A stretch of DNA of 63,235 bases, the filler included, from Octopus bimaculoides (Eukaryota): assembly GCF_001194135.2 (NCBI RefSeq). It is 5 parts of 5 records of this genome, joined end to end, with 100 filler letters (N's around TTAATTAATTAA, not from the genome) between each part and the next. Parts side by side here need not be neighbours in the genome. Positions count along the whole stretch, not along the records: positions 8,236 to 33,708 come from NC_068983.1; 4 more parts are not named here. One strand, 5' to 3'. The translations under genes and the position numbers were made by a program. Shown one piece after another: positions 11,770-23,185 of the stretch. The notes below the pieces were generated by a model. It was not told the origin of the DNA. It worked only from the letters and a program-made list of their open reading frames with translations, and ran no database searches. The stretch's first letter is position 1. Each line of letters starts with the position of its first letter.

Positions 11770-11975
11770 ACCTGTCTTTCTGACCTCATATTTCAGCAAG
11801 GTCATGAAAGGAATTATCAGTGACAGACTGATTATGTATTCTGAGAAGAAAATTACTTGTTAAGTAAGACTGAACATGGTTTCCATCCAGGTAGAATCTG
11901 CTTCATACAACTGCTGCAGCAGTTGATAAACTAATTAAATGTAGTTGTGGTATATGAGGGCTTTCAAAGACAACT
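11770..11975 (+). mobile_element. CR1/L2-type LINE reverse transcriptase fragment
   Basis: PVFLTSYFSKVMKGIISDRL...NYLLSKTEHGFHPGRICFIQLL resembles RPISLTS..KVMERII..RL..QHGFRPGRSC.TQLL. Confidence 0.7.
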
Positions 11976-12534
11976 AAGATTAAGACATGGATGAATTCAG
12001 AAGCTAGGAGACACATGAAAGAAAGAATAAGTATTCAGTTTCTTTTATGATTTGTTCAACTTGCTTACAGAAAGGAATATTAGGGAATTGTAACATTCAT
12101 TACATTTTCAGTGATATTAGTAGTGTAACTGAATTTATAATCTACAATCTAGTATTGAAACTAACTTGCAAGCTTGAAAGTTTAGCTCCTACTCCATGAT
12201 ACTCCTGTATATTATGCAAGCTTAATTCAACTAGTGAATGTTTCCCTGTCTCTGATAAAAAATTTTTAACTTTCATACATTATTTGAATAGCTGTCACTC
12301 ATCTTCAGCTAGGTTTATCATTGTTTACAACACTTTAAAACATGGCAATGACATGTCAAAATTGTAACTTTATCATAGTCATAGCAACAGAAAGTCGTTT
12401 TTCTTGAATGACTCATATCAGTCATTTTGCTGAGTAATTTTTATTTATTCTAACTTAGGTCTAGTACAATTAACGATAAGATTGCCAATAACTATTATAA
12501 AAGAAAACAATTAAAAGAAACCATCATTATTATT

Positions 12535-12655
12535 ATTAACTTTGCCCTTTCATCCTTTCAGGGTTGATAAATTAAGTACCAGTTGCATACTGAGATCGAT
12601 GTAATCAACTAGTCCTTTCCCAAAAATTTCAGGTCTTGTGCCTATAGTAGAAAGG

Positions 12656-12690
<35 letters not shown>

Positions 12691-13145
12691 GGCATTGAGC
12701 TGGCAGAATTCTTAGCATGCTGGAGGGAATGCTTAGTGGTATTTTGCCTGTTGCTACATTCTGAGTTCAAATTCTGCTGAGGTCAACTTTGCCTTTCGAC
12801 CTTTCGGGGTAGATAAATTAAGTACCAGTTGAGTACTGGGGTCAATGTAATTGACTTAACCCCTCCCCCAAATTTCAGGCCTTGTACCTATAGTAGAAAG
12901 AATTATTATTTCTATTATTAAGGCGTTGAACTAGCAGAATTGTTAGCACACAGGGAAAAATGATTAGCAACATTTCATCCATCTTTACGTTCTGAGTTCA
13001 AATTCCGCTGAGGTCAACTTTGCCTTTCATCTTTTCAGGGTCAATAAATTAAGTACCAGTGAAATACTGAGGTCGATGTAATCGACTAGTCCTCTCCCCA
13101 CAAAACTTCAGGCCTTGTGCCTTTAGTAGAAAAGATTATTATTAT
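12535..13145 (+). mobile_element. Three tandem copies of SINE family D separated by (ATT)n
   Basis: Repeated GTTCTGAGTTCAAATTC...GATAAATTAAGTACCAG...TAGTAGAAAGGATTATT. Confidence 0.85.
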
Positions 13146-13179
13146 TATTGAAGACATCACACAGCATCCAATATTGTGA

Positions 13180-13430
13180 CGTTGTTGTTGTTGGCACTCC
13201 ATCGCTTATGACGTCGTGGGTTCCAGTTGATCCGATCAACGGAACAGCCTGCTCGTGAAATTAACATGCAAGTGGTTGAGCACACCACAGACACATGTAC
13301 TCTTAACGTAGTTCTCGGGGATATTCAGCGTGACACAGTGTGACAAGGCTGACCCTTTGAATTACAGGCACAACAGAAACAGGAAGAAAGAGTGAGAGAA
13401 AGTTGTGGCGAAAGAGTACAGCAGGGTTCG
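13180..13430 (-). mobile_element. SINE family B 3' part
   Basis: Reverse complement of 47390-47625. Confidence 0.8.
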
Positions 13431-13584
13431 CCTCCATCCTCTGCTGGTGTGACATTGTAGATGGCAGATATTGTGTGTGCTGTCTCTCAAGCCACAAGGA
13501 CCATAGATGGTATTTTATGCAGTATGCGTGTAGTTCCAAATACAGCAAATTTTTGCAATACACCAAAATTGTAGGATATTTCTA

Positions 13585-13795
13585 AAGTATCCAGATGTTA
13601 CTTCAGGTTGGGTGGTATTGAACGCCAATGTTCTGATGACAATAGGGACAACCTTTATGTTTGACTCTTGCAGCTGACCTTGGTGGTCTCAGTTTTCAGG
13701 TCTCCATTTTTGTTGACCTTTTCTCTTTCTTTCATGATAATATGTTGATCTCCTGGCACTGCCATATCAATTATTAGGCACTCTTGTTTATTCCT
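13585..13795 (-). mobile_element. RLE-type (R4/Dong/Hero-like) non-LTR retrotransposon, C-terminal endonuclease fragment
   Basis: ECLIIDMAVPGDQHIIMKEREKVNKNGDLK...VVPIVI. Confidence 0.75.
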
Positions 13796-14328
13796 CCATT
13801 TACCAAATCCACTTACAAAGCTTTGGTCGGCCCAAAGCTATAGCAGAAGACACTTGCTCAAGGTGCCACGCAGTGGGACTGAACCCCAAACCATGTGGTT
13901 GGTAAGCAAGCTACTTACCACACAGCTACTCATCATATTTTTTTTACTTGTATCAGTCATTTGACTGCAGCACTGCTGTAAATGTTTATATTAGTCAAAG
14001 AAATCAACCCCAGAACTTATTCTTTGTAAACCTAGTACTTACTGTATCAGTCTCTTTTGCTGAACTGCTAAGTTACAGAGACTTAAAAACACCAACATCA
14101 GTAGTGAAGCAATGGTGGGGTGACAAACACAGACACAAAGACACACACACACACATATATAAAAACACGACTAGCATCTTTCAGTCTTCATTTATCAAAT
14201 CCACCCACAAGGCTTTGGTCAGCCCAAGGTTATAGTAGAAAACACTTGCCCAAGGTGCCACATAGTGGGACTGAACCTAGAACCATGTAGTTGGGAAGCT
14301 CTTTACCACATAGCCACACCTGTGCCTA
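13795..14328 (-). mobile_element. Two SINE family A copies (partial and near-full)
   Basis: Similar to 11087-11450. Confidence 0.8.
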
Positions 14329-14824
14329 TATATATATGCTTGTGAATGTGTATGTATAGAGATGGTTCTAGATATGGCACTTGCATGAAAGAAGAACATG
14401 AGTAGAGATTAAAAATTCACAACAGCCATTTCAACAGCATTTTTTCATTGATGAATAGTTCAATAATCATGATTACATCATGAAAAAATCCACTTTTGTC
14501 AGGTGATTTTAAACATAGGTAAGAGAAAAATTCAAATCAACTCACTTTGCCAGGCATTGGCATAACAAGTGAGTATATTTAAAGAACCATTAAAATTTAA
14601 AGAAACTGTTAGCAATACATATAGGGCAGATATTGGTGACAATAAATTTTGTAGATCACTATCATAATCATGTATTCTATAAGGCCTAAAGAAGCAATAA
14701 AAGAGGACTGAGGAAGAAAAAGTAAAAAAAGGATTATAGATGGGAAAGGGAAGAAATTGGCCTTGTAAAGCAAAAGTTTGAGTTGGTGCCAAAATTCTTG
14801 TGACCATTCAAGTTTTTTTTTTGA

Positions 14825-15197
14825 CTTTCAGTCTTGTTTCAGTCATTAGACTGTGGTCATGCTGGGACACTGCCTTGAGGAATTTTAGTACTTATTTTTC
14901 TTTTTGAGTCTAGTACTTATTCTATCATTTTTTTTTTTTTTGCCAGACTGCTAAGTTACGGGGATGTAAACACACCAACACTGGCTGTCCAGTGGTGGTG
15001 GAGGACAAACACACACGCACACATGTATATATATACAAATACAACAGGCTTCTTTTCAGTTTCCATCAATGAAATCTACTTACAAGGCTTCAGTTAGCCA
15101 AGGGTTATAATAGAAATCACTTGCCCAAGGTGCCACACTATGTGACTAAACCCAGAACCATGTGGTTAGGAAGTACCACACAACCACACCTGCAACT
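14825..15197 (-). mobile_element. SINE family A, diverged
   Basis: Similar to 11087-11450. Confidence 0.75.
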
Positions 15198-15646
15198 GTT
15201 TCATTTCTAGAAATATGTCTTTCAAAAAAACAATGGTAGCTACTAACTTTTGAGCCTTCTGTGTATATATTCATTTTTACTTTTTCAAATGATAATTCAG
15301 GCATTACAGGCAAATGCATACATGTAGACATTTCTTACTCTGTAATGACACTGAGCACAAGTTGAAATGGCTGTTGTGAATAACTGACTGCAAAGAAAGA
15401 CCAAAACCTTTCAAAATAGATATGGTGAGAGTTAAAAATTATTTCATTACAATATAAGTTGATTAATAGGCATGCATTCTTAATACTTTAATCAAGCAAT
15501 TACTGTGTAAAAACTGGAATTAGACCTGCAGCTCCATTCCTGTGTAGTAATATATTCAAGTATTCAATTATGACAAGTAATGAAACTTGAAAGACATATA
15601 ACACATGTGACAGAGAGAATGCTGTAAGTCAAAATTTCAGACTTAC

Positions 15647-16196
15647 CTGAGATTTTGAATCTATTGCTGTAATAGTGTGGCCTGTAATGGCAGACTGAAC
15701 TGCAATGATATTTGCATTACTTGAAATTCTTGTTACAGATGTTACATAAACATTTGCATGCTAAGTTGACATAACACTTTGCAATAATAGCTGTGGAGGT
15801 GGTGGAATAGTCTGCTGCTGGGGAGGAAGATGGTTTGTTAGAGTAGCTTGTGGTAGAGGTGCATATGGCATACACTCAGGTTACATTGGCATTTCTTAAG
15901 CAGGAGGAACTTTTTGAAGCAGGGGTAGGATACCTTGTGGGGGTGGAGGTGAAGAAATACTCTGAAGAGAAGGAGGAGTAGCTGGAGCTATACTCTGTTG
16001 ACAACTTGTTGGCTGCAACCCAGATGTGGGTGTAAATCAGTAATATTACTCTAACATTATGTGACCTGCCTTGACCAACAGCAGCCCTTTTTCTGGTAGC
16101 CATCTTGGACTTCCTCTGTTTCTCCATTTGGTAAGCTAAGCTTGAACAAGACTGGTTTCTGTTAGAAGCTTGTGAAGCTTATGGAGCCAAATCAAA
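15647..16196 (-). pseudogene. Pro/Gln-rich pseudo-exon with splice sites but multiple in-frame stops
   Basis: Acceptor AAAACAG|T and donor TCTCAG|GTAAGT bound 550 nt. One frame gives ...SGLQPTSCQQSIAPATPPSLQSISSPPPPQGILPLLQKVPPA*EMPM*PECMPYAPLPQATLTNHLPPQQQTIPPPPQLLLQSVMST*HANV...DSKSQ. Confidence 0.55.
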
Positions 16197-16286
16197 CTGT
16201 TTTAAACAATAATGCATGTAACTCCTACTAAATGTATTGAGTGCATTTCTCTTTTGTGTGTCAACTCACTCATGTATGTATGTAGT

Positions 16287-16688
16287 TATAGGAGTGGCTG
16301 TGTGGTAAGTAGCTTGCTTTCCAACCACATGGTTCCGAGTTCAGTCCCACTGCGTGGCACCTTGGGCAAGTGTCTTCTACTATAGCCTTGGGCCGACCAA
16401 AGCCTTGTGAGTTGATTTGGTAGACAGAAACTGAAAGAAGCCCGTCGTATATATGTATATATATATATGTGTGTATGTATGTTTGTGTGTCTGTGTTTGT
16501 CCCCCCAACATCGCTTGACAACCGATGCTGGTGTGTTTACGTCCCCGTAACTTAGCGGTTCGGCAAAAGAGACAGATAGAATAAGTACTAGACATCCAAA
16601 GAATAAGTCCTGGGGTCGATTTTCTTGACTAACGGTGGTGCTCCAGCATGGCCGCAGTCAAATGACTGACTGAAACAAGTAAAGAGTA
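16287..16688 (+). mobile_element. SINE family A, full length
   Basis: Complete head-to-tail copy. Confidence 0.9.
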
Positions 16689-17060
16689 TGTGTGTGTGAG
16701 TTTAGAGGGATATATTATCCGAGTAGATACCATGGTAGCTCTCAGTTATATTCCAGGTCACAACTAACCACATCAACTGGTATTTAATGCCCATGACTAC
16801 TAACCAATAAACAACTAACTGAATTCAGTTCATGTTGAGCCAAGCTGGTTGAAGCAGTGTGAACAAAGCTGCACAGAGAATTATGCCTGGTTGCATGAGC
16901 AACTGCTCATACTGTGCAGTGGAAACACATGTAGGTTAATGTAACCATAAATATATGCTGAATGACATTGCAAAATAAAAGGCAATCAATTTTGAGGATG
17001 TACCAATCTCCATATTCTCTATCATTATAATTATTGCAAATATATATATATATATATGTA

Positions 17061-17366
17061 CAGGGTTGGACAAAATAATGGGAACGCCTTAAAATTTCAA
17101 ACAAATTTATTTTAATATGGGGTAGGACCGCCTTTGGCAGTAATCACAGCTTGAAATCTACAAGGTATGGACTCATACAAAGTTTGAATTGTTTCCAAAA
17201 GAATTTTTGTCGATTCTTTAGCTAAAACAGCCTCCGGTTCCTGTAGTGATGATGGTGGGGGATATTGACTCCTTATTTGTTTTTCTAAAATGCACCATAA
17301 ATGTTCAATAATATTGAGATATGGGGACTGTCATGGCCAGATAAGATGTACAACTTCACTAGAATG
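17061..17366 (-). mobile_element. Tc1-type transposon 3' end
   Basis: TA|CAGGGTTGGACAAAATAATGG TIR; minus strand HLIWP*QSPYLNIIEHLW...QAVITAKGGPTPY*. Confidence 0.85.
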
Positions 17367-18124
17367 NNNNNNNNNNNNNNNNNNNNNNNNNNNNNNNNNN
17401 NNNNNNNNNNNNNNNNNNNNNNNNNNNNNNNNNNNNNNNNNNNNNNNNNNNNNNNNNNNNNNNNNNNNNNNNNNNNNNNNNNNNNNNNNNNNNNNNNNNN
17501 NNNNNNNNNNNNNNNNNNNNNNNNNNNNNNNNNNNNNNNNNNNNNNNNNNNNNNNNNNNNNNNNNNNNNNNNNNNNNNNNNNNNNNNNNNNNNNNNNNNN
17601 NNNNNNNNNNNNNNNNNNNNNNNNNNNNNNNNNNNNNNNNNNNNNNNNNNNNNNNNNNNNNNNNNNNNNNNNNNNNNNNNNNNNNNNNNNNNNNNNNNNN
17701 NNNNNNNNNNNNNNNNNNNNNNNNNNNNNNNNNNNNNNNNNNNNNNNNNNNNNNNNNNNNNNNNNNNNNNNNNNNNNNNNNNNNNNNNNNNNNNNNNNNN
17801 NNNNNNNNNNNNNNNNNNNNNNNNNNNNNNNNNNNNNNNNNNNNNNNNNNNNNNNNNNNNNNNNNNNNNNNNNNNNNNNNNNNNNNNNNNNNNNNNNNNN
17901 NNNNNNNNNNNNNNNNNNNNNNNNNNNNNNNNNNNNNNNNNNNNNNNNNNNNNNNNNNNNNNNNNNNNNNNNNNNNNNNNNNNNNNNNNNNNNNNNNNNN
18001 NNNNNNNNNNNNNNNNNNNNNNNNNNNNNNNNNNNNNNNNNNNNNNNNNNNNNNNNNNNNNNNNNNNNNNNNNNNNATATATATATACGTATGTATATGT
18101 ATATATGTGTATATATGTATATAA

Positions 18125-20092
18125 TCACCCTATAAACAGCCCAAATAACAGGAACCCACTCACTAATATCACTAACACCAACCACACACCATGCACCACC
18201 ACAAACTACACCAGCAAAAAGATAATTATGGGTAACCCCAATAGAAACAACACCAAAATGAACTACGCCAAGGCCCATACACAAACCACTAACAACAACT
18301 AAAATAACCGCAACACTAATGCCGACAAACTGATATTAAATAAGATTAACAATATTAACAAAACAAATAACACAAAGTACGCAAATAAGTCCCAAAATAA
18401 CAGCAGCTTCAAAAATAATAGTATAAACCTACACATCGGTATCAATAAAACTAAAGTCACCCAACGAACTAATATGAACCCGATTAATAGCTAAAAACTA
18501 GGCCCTTGAACCCACATGATCCCTATGATAATAACACCAATAGGACAGACAAAAGCAACACAAAAGTGAAACATAATCAAGATACATACAAACATAACTT
18601 CCCATGAATCATAAACAAGGAGGGAAGCTTCTATACTAGGAAAAAACAACACCAAAAATACACAAAATAGTGAAAATATCTGGCTCATAATCCCCTACAC
18701 CATACACCTCAAATCAAATATAGTTTGCTCATTAATGAAAATCATACACAAACACCTAAACATTAATAATAAATACACAGAACTATTTAGGAATAAATCA
18801 GAATATGCCATAATCTGACTACTAACTTAGCCACAATAATAAGCCTCAATGAATAATAAAAAACTTGACAAATTCTATGAAACTAGAAAGATTGTGAACA
18901 ATAAAAATAATAAGTAACCAACTAATAGGACTAAGCCCCCCACTAACGCAATGCATCCTGCTAACTTAGGTACAGACCTCAATAATTGCCCTCCACAATA
19001 CAACACGGACGTAGACACATCTAATTATTTATGTGGCGGTTGTGATAGAACAAAGTGCCATTTCTCAAAGAGATGCAAGGCAAATAACATAGTTTACCAA
19101 TGTGACATCCGCACAAATAACCAGACAAAATCATACATAGGTGCCACTAAGAACCAAATGATTCTCAGATATAATGCACACCAATCGAGCTTCATAAATA
19201 GGAATAAGACTAACTCAACAGGGCTAAGTACATACATTTGGGAACTTAAGGATAAAAAAATAGATTTTAGCTTAAACTGGCGTATACTCACAAAAACAAC
19301 CTCCTACAACACCGCAAATAAAAGCTGCGATCTCTGCCAATCAGAACACCTACCTATACTTATGGCTAAACAACCCCTTCTGAATAGAAAATTTGAGAGC
19401 AACTTTTTTTTGTCTTCACATGGGCCTTTATGTATTTTCAAAATACTGGCAGAATAGCCTCTCTTGTCTTCATGCAGGCCTCTATACCTTTCATAATCCC
19501 AAACTTGAATACTCATCTATATAAGTCTAATTAACTGAGAAACACCTTAAACACTTACACACAAATAGTCACCCCGCAAACCCACTCGCCCTGCCACATT
19601 CCATAATAATACACTATGCACATACATAGTGCCCTTCTAGCATTAAGAACTTCCTAAACTCTAGCAATAAGATAATTATTAGCCATGTTACAGTTTTAAA
19701 CCACCCAAAATTTGGTACGAGTTAGCTCCCTTTACACACTGTTAGAGTTACCCCCCTTAACCTACACCACCGGTGATAACTAATAGCAGAATATAAACAA
19801 ATTGAATACACATGTTCAAAAAAAAATGTGCTTAATTAAACTACGAGCCCTGCACCTAAATAATACTCACCCCGCCCTAATTACCCAACTAAACTAACCA
19901 GTCTGCCACAATCAAACCTCTACCCAGTAAATTTACCAGTGCAAGAACAACATTTAATGGAATACTTACTACCTTTGATTATATTACCATCACATATATA
20001 TCAATTATTTTCGCATCCTAACCCTTGCATCTGTCTATATTTGCATTCTGAAGAGATCTACTTAAACCAGTAAATTGAAACGATCGTAAACT
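18125..20092 (+). mobile_element. Penelope-like element remnant: linker, GIY-YIG endonuclease and 3' region with a hammerhead
   Basis: IWLIIPYTIHLKSNIV...KHL resembles IIWFNPPYS..KTNIG..F. ORF 18951-19457 has IVYQC...YIGATKNQMILRYNAHQSSF...STGLSTYIWELK...CDLCQSEHLPIL...LLNRK. Confidence 0.85.
20043..20092 (+). ncRNA. Minimal hammerhead ribozyme motif
   Basis: CTGAAGA-GATCTAC-ttaaacca-GTAAATT-GAAAC-GATC-GTA. The 3' strand of stem I is mostly replaced by the adjacent RTE fragment. Confidence 0.65.
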
Positions 20093-20430
20093 TTTCTCTC
20101 AAGGCACTTACACTCTGTCGAGTATGCACACTTACATTACACATCCATTGGAGAATACTGGCTTCGTTTCTTGCAAGCTTACGCATGTCCTCAGCAGTCA
20201 CTGCCCATGTTTCACTGCCATGTAGCATGGCTGTTCGTACACATGCGTCATACAGTCTGCCTTTTACTCTGAGTGAGAGGCCCTTTGTCACCAACAGAGG
20301 TAAGAGCTCTCTAAACTTTGCCTAGGCTATTCTTATTCTAGCAGCTACACTTTCAGTGCACCCTTCCCCGCTATAAACTTGGTCATCTAGGAAGCGGAAG
20401 CTATCCACTACTTCTAGTTTTTCATCCTGA
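20090..20430 (-). mobile_element. RTE-clade LINE fragment (region after the RT core)
   Basis: EKLEVVDSFRFL...KFRELLPLLVTKGLSLRVKGRLYDACVRTAMLHGSETWA. Confidence 0.85.
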
Positions 20431-20957
20431 AGTGTGGTAAAGGTTGTTTTCTGCACATTCTCACTGTTTATTGCTCCTGAGCGTCTACCACATACAAAAA
20501 CTATCTTGCTAGTTAGCCATGCATATATATATATATGTATATGTATATGTATATATANNNNNNNNNNNNNNNNNNNNNNNNNNNNNNNNNNNNNNNNNNN
20601 NNNNNNNNNNNNNNNNNNNNNNNNNNNNNNNNNNNNNNNNNNNNNNNNNNNNNNNNNNNNNNNNNNNNNNNNNNNNNNNNNNNNNNNNNNNNNNNNNNNN
20701 NNNNNNNNNNNNNNNNNNNNNNNNNNNNNNNNNNNNNNNNNNNNNNNNNNNNNNNNNNNNNNNNNNNNNNNNNNNNNNNNNNNNNNNNNNNNNNNNNNNN
20801 NNNNNNNNCAAAGCTTTCAAAAGGATATATGTTTTTTTATCACATGTGATATAAAAAATATATATCCTTTTGAAAGCTTCGAATATTGATTTCCTAACTC
20901 CAACATATCTACATATGTTTCTTTATAAATATATATATATAGGCATATATATATATA

Positions 20958-21853
20958 TAACATTGGTAAGAAAGTTCTTGGACAAGTCATTGTTGCAAGT
21001 CATTGAAGCCGATCCAATGCAAACTGCACATCAACTTGCGGTACAGTTTCGCGTCTGCCATGTCACAATCATCAACTACCTGCATTGTCTCGGCAAGGTC
21101 ATCAAGCTTGGAAAATGGGTGCCGCATGAAGTGACTAAAGCGAAGAAACGAGCATGTGTCACTGTATGTCAAAGTCTACTCTGGCGAAGCCGAAGATTCG
21201 ATTGGTTGGAGTCAGTAATCACTATGGATGAAAAGAGGGTACTGTTGAGGTGCTGATGATCCTGGTGTAGCAAAGGTCAACAGCCAAAACCTTCAGCAAA
21301 AGGACCGCTCGTGCAAAAGAAGATTATGACCTCAGTTTGGTGGGATTGCCATGGGGTGATCATGTTGGATCCTCTCCCACACAATACCACTGTTGACAAG
21401 GATGTCTACTGCGAACAAATCGACCATCTAAAGATTGTGCTGGCCAAAAAACTCTCAAATTTGAAGAAGATAATTTACCACCAAGACAATGCGCCAGCAC
21501 ATCGTGCAAAGAAGACATCAGAGAAGCGGAAGAAGGTGGACTGGGAGATTATGATGCACGCGCCCTATTCTCCTGAGCTTGCCCTTTCTAACTACCACTT
21601 ATTTTCTGCCTTGCAGCATGCGATTGGCAATACAGAGTTCAAAAACGAAGATATGAAATCGTTCCTTTACAACTTTATTGATTCAAAGCCACGCAATTTC
21701 TGGATGTAAGGATTCAAAACTTTGCCTGAAAAATGGCAAAAGGTGATCGATAACGAGCGTCATTACCTTTTAAATTGATTGTTCTTTGTTGTTTTTTTAA
21801 TTGTTAATAAAGTGATATGTTAAAAGTGTCCAAGAACTTTCTTAACAAATTCA
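20958..21853 (+). mobile_element. Internally deleted mariner (D34D type) with both TIRs
   Basis: TIR TAAGAAAGTTCTTGGACA with its inverse at 21827-21844; GKWVPHE, ITMDEK, HQDNAPAH and YSPELALSN motifs; in-frame stops; N-terminus missing. Confidence 0.92.
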
Positions 21854-22383
21854 TATATATATATGTGTGTGTGTGTGTAGAATGTTAGGTGTGATGTACA
21901 GAATTAAATATTGAAAAAAAATCGTCAGAATTTTGGAAAAAAACTTCTTTNNNNNNNNNNNNNNNNNNNNNNNNNNNNNNNNNNNNNNNNNNNNNNNNNN
22001 NNNNNNNNNNNNNNNNNNNNNNNNNNNNNNNNNNNNNNNNNNNNNNNNNNNNNNNNNNNNNNNNNNNNNNNNNNNNNNNNNNNNNNNNNNNNNNNNNNNN
22101 NNNNNNNNNNNNNNNNNNNNNNNNNNNNNNNNNNNNNNNNNNNNNNNNNNNNNNNNNNNNNNNNNNNNNNNNNNNNNNNNNNNNNNNNNNNNNNNNNNNN
22201 NNNNNNNNNNNNNNNNNNNNNNNNNNNNNNNNNNNNNNNNNNNNNNNNNNNNNNNNNNNNNNNNNNNNNNNNNNNNNNNNNNNNNNNNNNNNNNNNNNNN
22301 NNNNNNNNNNNNNNNNNNNNNNNNNNNNNNNNNNNNNNNNNNNNNNATATATACATATGCATACATATTTATATATATGTATG

Positions 22384-22415
<32 letters not shown>

Positions 22416-23185
22416 CGGCCATTTCAAGTGACTCCATTTAATTGAACAATGCAATCATTACATCAATTTAAATGCAGAGCAATCCTCAGCTGCATAAATA
22501 CATAGAATTAAATTAAGTTAAAACAGATGGACACAGTATAATTTTACCTAAAGCCTCCAAGAAGGTAAGGAGATAGACAAAGATCAAGCTGTCTTGACTT
22601 CAGCTTAGAAGCTTCTAACATAAACAGGCATTTGCTACAAGTTTTTATAGATTCCTTTACATATTTTCATTTGCACCAATTGTTTTCTCATTTCTAAATA
22701 AAGCATTCATTGGTAATTTTATTTGTTTAATGCTGTTTGTTTCATTTCTTCACAAGAAGAAATACTGAATTTGTGTTCTAAATATTCTCCTCTCTAATTT
22801 TCAATTAATGTCTTCAAAAGCATTTTAAAACAAATTTTAATAAGACCACTTATTTAACAGAAAACTACACAGTTTTCATGTTATTTTCTTTCTTCGTTTA
22901 ATGTCTATAGTTGATATTGTAATTGGTTAGCCCAAGTCAGCTTTGACTGAGCAGATCTATGATCAAAATGGATTTTTTAAAAATTATTTTATTTTAGACA
23001 TTTCCTATATTTATATTATTCAATGTGTCCTTTTTAAAACTGTAGAGATGTGGTTTGTGAATGTTGCTTTCTAGTTGGTTGAGAAACCACATAATTCTGT
23101 TTAACAAATATAGAAGTTTTTAAAATATGAATCATGCAAGAAATGCTCTGTTAAAACAATTCTTTTATACATGTATTATATACAT

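Noticed and set aside
14590-14810. Minus frame FWHQLKLLLYKANF resembling an ABCA transporter N-terminus
   Set aside because: No start or splice context, and too short a match in T-rich sequence.
15339-15387. 49-nt AG/GT-bounded segment in frame with the pseudo-exon
   Set aside because: Its core TTCACAACAGCCATTTCAAC also occurs inverted near 14416, so it may be just a repeat fragment.
17290-18302. Long ORFs of 150-330 aa spanning N runs (also 21851-22454 and 52539-53198)
   Set aside because: Open only because N codons are not stops.
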